Below are positions 27,354-32,000 of a stretch of DNA of 32,000 nt, piece after piece. Source of the stretch: Psychrobacter cryohalolentis K5 (GTDB lineage Bacteria; Pseudomonadota; Gammaproteobacteria; Pseudomonadales; Moraxellaceae). The notes beneath the pieces are model-generated. The model did not search any database and was not told the origin of the DNA. It was given only the letters and a program-made list of their open reading frames with translations. The position numbers and the translations under genes were made by a program. The stretch lies in the NCBI RefSeq assembly GCF_000013905.1, contig NC_007969.1:360001-392000 (forward strand), in the 5' to 3' direction. Position 1 is the first letter of the stretch, and the number at the start of each line of letters is the position of its first letter.

Positions 27354-28628
27354 TCACATAAATGGCAATTTGGTGAATATCTGCAAGATCGTCGCGTTAA
27401 CGATATCAACGAAGAATGCACCAACCATAGGTACAATTAAAAATGCCTTATGTGATGGTAGGTAACGATCGGTGACCGCCTGCATATTGGCAATGGCTGT
27501 AGGAGTTGCACCCATACCGAAACCACAGTGTCCTGCTGACAAGACAGCTGCATCATAGTCTTTGCCCATGAGTTTGAAGGTCACAAAGTAAGCATAGCCA
27601 ATCATTAGAACAGTTTGTGACAATAAGATGATCAATACCGGACCTGCCAAATCTGTCAATTGCCACAGCTTTAATGACAATAATGCCATCGCTAAGAAAA
27701 GACTCAAAGAAGCGTTACCGATGACGTCAATCGCACGGTCAAACATATCAAAGTTAAATACCATGGTTAAGGTATTGCGCAAAATCACACCACCTGCTAA
27801 TGCCCATACGAAGGTCGGTAACTCAAACCATGTATCCTGTGCTACCAAAGTCATGAGATCAGCAAATGCCAATGCTGCGGCAAACAGTGCCAATGATTCA
27901 ATGGTAGACGATGCCGTAATCAGACGGATATTATCCGGTTTTTCAAACATCTCCTTATTGCTGTGAACTTCCTCTTCGCTGTGCTTGGTGCTATAGAGCG
28001 ACTGCTCACTTGCCAGTTTTTCAACATCACTTGGGTTTGGATTGTCTGCTGTAGGCTTGAGACCAAGCTTTTTAATCAAGCGACGGGCAACAGGACCACC
28101 GATAATACCACCTGCTACTAAACCATAAGTGGCAACTGCGATACCCAGCGTCGTCGCGCCAACCACACCATACTGCTCCTCCAAAGTAATGCCCCAAGCA
28201 CCAGCAGTACCATGTCCACCAGTCAAAGCGATTGAACCGGTCACCAAGCCAAGCAAAGGATCAAGCCCAAGTGCGCTTGCCATTGCAACACCAAGGATGT
28301 CTTGCAAAATGATAAAAACAGACACGATAATGGTGAAAATCAGCAAGGGTGAGCCACCTGCTTTTAACCGACCAAAATCAGCGCTAAGCCCGATAGAGGC
28401 AAAAAACATCAGCATGGTCGCTGTTTGCAGTCCTTGATGGAAATTAAAGCTATAGCCCCAAACAATATTAAGAATATAAACGACAATCGCTGCGACCAAA
28501 CCGCCTGCGACTGGTTCTGGAATATTGAAGTCTTCTAAAAACTTAATTCTTTTGACTAAGAAGCGTCCAAGCAAAAGTACTAATGTGGCTAATATCAGGG
28601 TGTAATAGCCGTTTAGGGTGATTTCCAT
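27354..28628 (-). CDS. gltS: Sodium/glutamate symporter
   Basis: The 424-aa polytopic protein resembles E. coli GltS at its N-terminus (FLEDFNIPEPVAGGL) and throughout. It has a longer hydrophilic central loop. Confidence 0.9.
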   Translation of the reverse strand: MEITLNGYYTLILATLVLLLGRFLVKRIKFLEDFNIPEPVAGGLVAAIVVYILNIVWGYSFNFHQGLQTATMLMFFASIGLSADFGRLKAGGSPLLIFTIIVSVFIILQDILGVAMASALGLDPLLGLVTGSIALTGGHGTAGAWGITLEEQYGVVGATTLGIAVATYGLVAGGIIGGPVARRLIKKLGLKPTADNPNPSDVEKLASEQSLYSTKHSEEEVHSNKEMFEKPDNIRLITASSTIESLALFAAALAFADLMTLVAQDTWFELPTFVWALAGGVILRNTLTMVFNFDMFDRAIDVIGNASLSLFLAMALLSLKLWQLTDLAGPVLIILLSQTVLMIGYAYFVTFKLMGKDYDAAVLSAGHCGFGMGATPTAIANMQAVTDRYLPSHKAFLIVPMVGAFFVDIVNATILQIFTKLPFM

Positions 28629-28716
28629 ATGTTAATCCTTTCTATAAATATAAATTAACCTGAATTCGGGATAAATCTGTTTTTATCTCGAATTTAGATT
28701 CTTCTCTTACTAGCGA

Positions 28717-29091
28717 CTAAGACAAATCATCAGACGCCACGACAATCCACAGCTGTGGTTTGCCAAATTCTTTAAAAGCATCTTCTATAATACTTTTGAA
28801 GACATTAAAATCTTCGGTGTTAATATTTTTAACCGCTGTTAAATCAAGTACCAAATGCTCTATATCACTGTCTGTTAAGCAGTCCCACGCTGCATCCCAG
28901 TTATGACCAAACCAACTTGGGAAATCGCAGGCTTTCGCTAAGCTACTTAAGAGTGTTTCTTTATCTAATCGCTCTTCTATAGGTATAGCGATTGCTTGTT
29001 CAGGAATAGTAGCAAACGTTCTGCTGCTTTTACCTTTAACAAGGTTTTGATCAATGCTGCTTTGATTTACATAGTAAATAGCTTGAGGCAT
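28717..29091 (-). CDS. Barstar-family ribonuclease inhibitor
   Basis: FPSWFGHNWDAAWDCLT aligns with the barstar inhibitory helix LPEYYGENLDALWDCLT, and both inhibitory Asp residues are conserved. There is no signal peptide. The start lies 1 nt after the RNase stop. Confidence 0.85.
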   Translation of the reverse strand: MPQAIYYVNQSSIDQNLVKGKSSRTFATIPEQAIAIPIEERLDKETLLSSLAKACDFPSWFGHNWDAAWDCLTDSDIEHLVLDLTAVKNINTEDFNVFKSIIEDAFKEFGKPQLWIVVASDDLS

Positions 29092-29092
29092 G

Positions 29093-29854
29093 TTATTTCA
29101 CCTCCAGTTTTTGAAAGCTGTCGTAATGATCAAGGGTTAAATAATAAATGGTTGGTGGGTGACCACCAGTGACAATACGCCGTGCGCCGCGATGCGAAAC
29201 GGCAGGTGTGGGTACAGTATATTCGCGATAGTAGCCTTGCGACTGCGCCGGTAACTTGCCTTCGCGATTATAGAAAGTGGTTCCGTCTTTGTTAGGATAA
29301 GGAAAGGGTCCACCTTGCTTGATAAGCACAAGCGTCTGATCTATTTGCGCATCACCAGTGATAGCCGCTGCATTTGAATTACTGGCAGATTCAATATGAT
29401 TTTGCGATAGAGTAATAGATGGCGCGCTATCGGCAAAAAAACTGGATTTCAAATCAGCAAAGAAATAGACCGCAACAGCGATAATGGCAATCAAACTGAA
29501 TAGGGTAGAGAAGCTGCTTTTCTTATTCTGGCTGCTACGATTATTTTTGCTAATGTGGTTTTGATTGTTTTTCTGACTAACATTATCTGAGCTGCGATGC
29601 ATTGAATTTGCCACTGAATTGGACGCTGGCGTCTCTAAAATACTCAATTCATCCGATGTGACTTCGGTGGCGCGCAATTGGTTTTTGTCATTGCGTTCAC
29701 TATTAAAATAGACACGTTGCCCTTTGCTGATAGGCTGCGCCATTCGCACGGATTTTATGTGAAAAAACACATCTTCACTCTGATTGTCGACATCGATAAA
29801 GCCATAGCCTTTATCAGAATTCCAATGCTTAATTTTGCCACTTTGCATGGGCAT
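29093..29854 (-). CDS. Fusion protein: N-terminal cold-shock domain, one TM helix, C-terminal guanyl-specific RNase (RNase Sa / barnase, N1/T1 superfamily)
   Basis: The CSD is GKIKHWNSDKGYGFIDV...DVFFHI and the TM helix is FSTLFSLIAIIAVAVYFFA. The RNase core GGPFPYPNKDGTTFYNREGKLPAQSQGYYREYTVPTP...RGARRIV...YYLTLDHYDSF is colinear with RNase Sa, including the catalytic Glu, Arg and His positions. The more likely start is the second ATG (29846-29848), which has GAGG 6 nt upstream. Confidence 0.85.
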   Translation of the reverse strand: MPMQSGKIKHWNSDKGYGFIDVDNQSEDVFFHIKSVRMAQPISKGQRVYFNSERNDKNQLRATEVTSDELSILETPASNSVANSMHRSSDNVSQKNNQNHISKNNRSSQNKKSSFSTLFSLIAIIAVAVYFFADLKSSFFADSAPSITLSQNHIESASNSNAAAITGDAQIDQTLVLIKQGGPFPYPNKDGTTFYNREGKLPAQSQGYYREYTVPTPAVSHRGARRIVTGGHPPTIYYLTLDHYDSFQKLEVK

Positions 29855-29927
29855 CCTCGTCCTATCGATAGATTTTTATCACGTAAAATAATGGCTTTAT
29901 GTCATACATAATATAGTTATTAATAAT

Positions 29928-29955
29928 AAAAAAACGCCAGCAATTAAGCTGACGT
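29928..29955 (-). terminator. Candidate rho-independent terminator of proA
   Basis: An 8-bp stem with one mismatch (ACGCCAGC / GCTGACGT) has the loop AATTAA. T7 follows on the minus strand. Confidence 0.55.
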
Positions 29956-30010
29956 TCTGTAACAATTATACTGCAGACGACATTATAAATTGTAGTGAAG
30001 ACGTAATAAA

Positions 30011-31312
30011 TTAGGCACGCGTTTCGCCATGACCATAAACAATCCACTTTTGTGAAGTTAAGCCTTCAAGTCCGACAGGTCCACGCGCATGAATCTTGTC
30101 AGTTGAGATACCAATTTCGGCACCAAGACCATATTCAAAACCATCGGCAAAACGGCTAGAGGCGTTAATCATCACGCTTGCTGAGTCGACTTCGCGGATA
30201 AATCGCTGTGACTTGGTATAGTTATCTGTAATGATAACATCGGTATGATGACTGCCATGGGTGTTGATATGCTCAATCGCCTCATCAATGCCGGATAATA
30301 TTTTAATCGCGAGGATAGGGGCGAGATATTCGGTATCCCAATCTTCAGCGGTGGCGGCTGATAAATGGCCTTTAAGGATAGTGTTATCGTTCAGAATAGC
30401 CTGCGCTTTATCATCAAGGCGTAGTTGCATCGCATTATCGGCTTCGACGATGGCTTCGGCAATTTTTGGTAACAGCTCATCAGCGATGGCTTCATCGACC
30501 AACAAGGTTTCCATGGTATTACAAGTACCATAGCGATGGGTTTTGGCATTGACACTCACGTTAATGGCAATCTCAGGATCAGCATCACTGTCGATAAAGG
30601 TATGACAGTTGCCATCTAAGTGCTTAATAACAGGCACGCGTGCATCGCGGCTGATACGTTCAATCAGCCCTTTACCGCCGCGTGGTACGATAACATCAAC
30701 ATACTCTGTCATAGTGATAAGCTCACCGACGGCAGCACGGTCAGTGGTCTCTAGTACTTGGACACTATACTCAGACATACCAACGTTTTTTAGTCCTTCT
30801 AAAATACATTTGGCAATCGCTTGATTGGACTCAAATGCTTCAGAGCCGCCACGTAAAATGATGGCATTACCTGACTTTAGTGCGAGCGAGGCTGCTTCCA
30901 AAGTGACATTGGGACGCGACTCATAAATCATACCGACCACACCAAGTGGCACGCGCATTTTGCCCAGATGAATACCCGACGGACGATACGTCATGTCTGT
31001 AACCTCACCAATAGGGTCAGGCAATGCCGCAACGTCTTTTAGACCTTGTAACATGCCATCAAAGCGGGCGTCATTTAACTCCAAGCGATCAAGCAGCGCA
31101 GCATCTAGGTCGTTCTTTTGTCCATTGTCCATATCAACTGTATTGGCGGCTAAAATATCTTGCTTAGCGTTCTTTAATACATCGTGAATCGCCATCAGTG
31201 CAGCATTTTTGTCACCCGTATTGGCAGCAGCCAGTGCTCTGGATGCAGCGCGCGCTTCTTTACCAACATTTTGCATATAAGCGGTTACGTCTGTGGTATT
31301 GGTTTGACTCAT
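30011..31312 (-). CDS. proA: Glutamate-5-semialdehyde dehydrogenase (gamma-glutamyl phosphate reductase)
   Basis: The 433-aa protein is ProA-like throughout ([28 protein letters not shown], catalytic Cys in [19 protein letters not shown]). Confidence 0.95.
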   Translation of the reverse strand: MSQTNTTDVTAYMQNVGKEARAASRALAAANTGDKNAALMAIHDVLKNAKQDILAANTVDMDNGQKNDLDAALLDRLELNDARFDGMLQGLKDVAALPDPIGEVTDMTYRPSGIHLGKMRVPLGVVGMIYESRPNVTLEAASLALKSGNAIILRGGSEAFESNQAIAKCILEGLKNVGMSEYSVQVLETTDRAAVGELITMTEYVDVIVPRGGKGLIERISRDARVPVIKHLDGNCHTFIDSDADPEIAINVSVNAKTHRYGTCNTMETLLVDEAIADELLPKIAEAIVEADNAMQLRLDDKAQAILNDNTILKGHLSAATAEDWDTEYLAPILAIKILSGIDEAIEHINTHGSHHTDVIITDNYTKSQRFIREVDSASVMINASSRFADGFEYGLGAEIGISTDKIHARGPVGLEGLTSQKWIVYGHGETRA

Positions 31313-31667
31313 AAATATTCTTCCTTATAGTTATAAATAGAAAACAATCAGTGTTCTTTAGCGCTCTAATGGCACTCTGCTATTTAACATAGAGGAGATT
31401 AGTTCGATAGTAAAGCCGATTTTGTGAATAGAAGTCACTTGTCTTTATATGATAGTCATGATTGGGCATTAGATTGATGGTTACGTATTTTTAACAGAAA
31501 TAGTCCGCAATTACTAAGGTAGTCGCTATGAATCGTCCGTATAGTGAGCGCTAAGCAGTAAAAGATTCATTTTAGCTTTAACACGTTATTTTTAAACTCG
31601 CTCGGCTACATGATAGCTATTCATAGTGGAAATTAATGATAGTAAATAAAAATATTGGAGAATAAAC

Positions 31668-31994
31668 ATGACCATTGATCAACAACAAATTCAAAAATCT
31701 GGCGCGTACAAAAACTGGTTGGGCGTTGGATTGGTTGCAGCGGCATTGACGCTAAGTGCCTGTGGTAAGAAAGATGAGCCACCGGTAGAGACGGCGCCAG
31801 CAGTCGATGCGCAGACTGCGGTAGAAGATGAAGCAACGGGTATGGCTACTGCCGGCAGTGCTGACGATGTTGCGGTAGCATCTGCTGACAATGATATGGA
31901 TGTCAGTAGCACGGATGATGTGGCCGTAGCAACTGCGGATGATGCAGAGATGATGGACGGTACTGAAAGCGAAGAGCACGTCTCAAGCTACTAA
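31668..31994 (+). CDS. Small acidic lipoprotein of unknown function
   Basis: GGAG lies 8 nt upstream of the ATG. A signal peptide with lipobox LSAC is followed by a D/E/A/V-rich low-complexity region containing a repeated DDVAVA(S/T)AD motif. Confidence 0.65.
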   Translation: MTIDQQQIQKSGAYKNWLGVGLVAAALTLSACGKKDEPPVETAPAVDAQTAVEDEATGMATAGSADDVAVASADNDMDVSSTDDVAVATADDAEMMDGTESEEHVSSY

Positions 31995-32000
31995 TGTGGC

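Noticed and set aside
1151-31979. The many 60-126-aa ORFs nested inside or antisense to the large genes (for example 1151-1414, 2118-2375, 2532-2789, 5111-5552, 7458-8000, 9121-9696, 10502-11223, 17688-18284, 19452-19823, 21165-22214, 24646-25050, 26630-27202, 27628-28437, 29137-29331, 30261-31187, 31633-31979).
   Set aside because: These are shadow ORFs within confidently identified conserved genes. Their translations are Ser/Ala/Cys/Arg-skewed or otherwise atypical and have no independent start signals.
1-32000. A search for mobile elements, CRISPR arrays, tRNA/rRNA genes, integrases, restriction-modification or other defence islands, and marked compositional shifts.
   Set aside because: None were seen. 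There are no long direct or inverted terminal repeats, no spaced repeat arrays and no T-loop (GGTTCGAATCC-like) tRNA signatures outside coding sequence. No transposase- or recombinase-like ORFs are present. The RNase/barstar pair is not flanked by any mobility signature.

Overview
This is a moderately AT-rich gammaproteobacterial core-chromosome segment. Gene content and protein sequences suggest Moraxellaceae, most like Psychrobacter; that is inference from sequence only. I support 25 protein-coding genes, almost all housekeeping: epmA, an SDR, yaiI, purK, purE, a metallophosphoesterase, a rhomboid protease, two tandem paralogous membrane proteins (one OmpA-type), nagZ, prc, slyD, an M61 peptidase, a DUF305 lipoprotein, rluE, dimeric icd and monomeric IDH, a DUF482/GNAT protein, ubiC, glyA, gltS, a barstar/RNase pair, proA and a small acidic lipoprotein. 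Genes are separated by clear rho-independent hairpins, many of them bidirectional. I saw no tRNA or rRNA, CRISPR array, transposase, integrase, phage genes or recognisable defence island, so most of the window is ordinary. Two items stand out. (1) The ORF-free prc-slyD spacer has a near-consensus GacA/UvrY palindrome followed by about 200 nt rich in GGA motifs displayed in hairpin loops, ending in a strong terminator. This is the architecture of a Csr/Rsm-family CsrA-sponge sRNA. (2) A translationally coupled two-gene module encodes an unusual fusion (N-terminal cold-shock domain, one transmembrane helix, C-terminal RNase Sa/barnase-type ribonuclease with intact catalytic residues) and a barstar-like inhibitor. 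Lesser points are the tandem paralogues with swapped C-terminal modules, the convergent pair of IDH isozymes next to a 670-bp AT-rich spacer, and a split purE/purK with purK coupled to yaiI.
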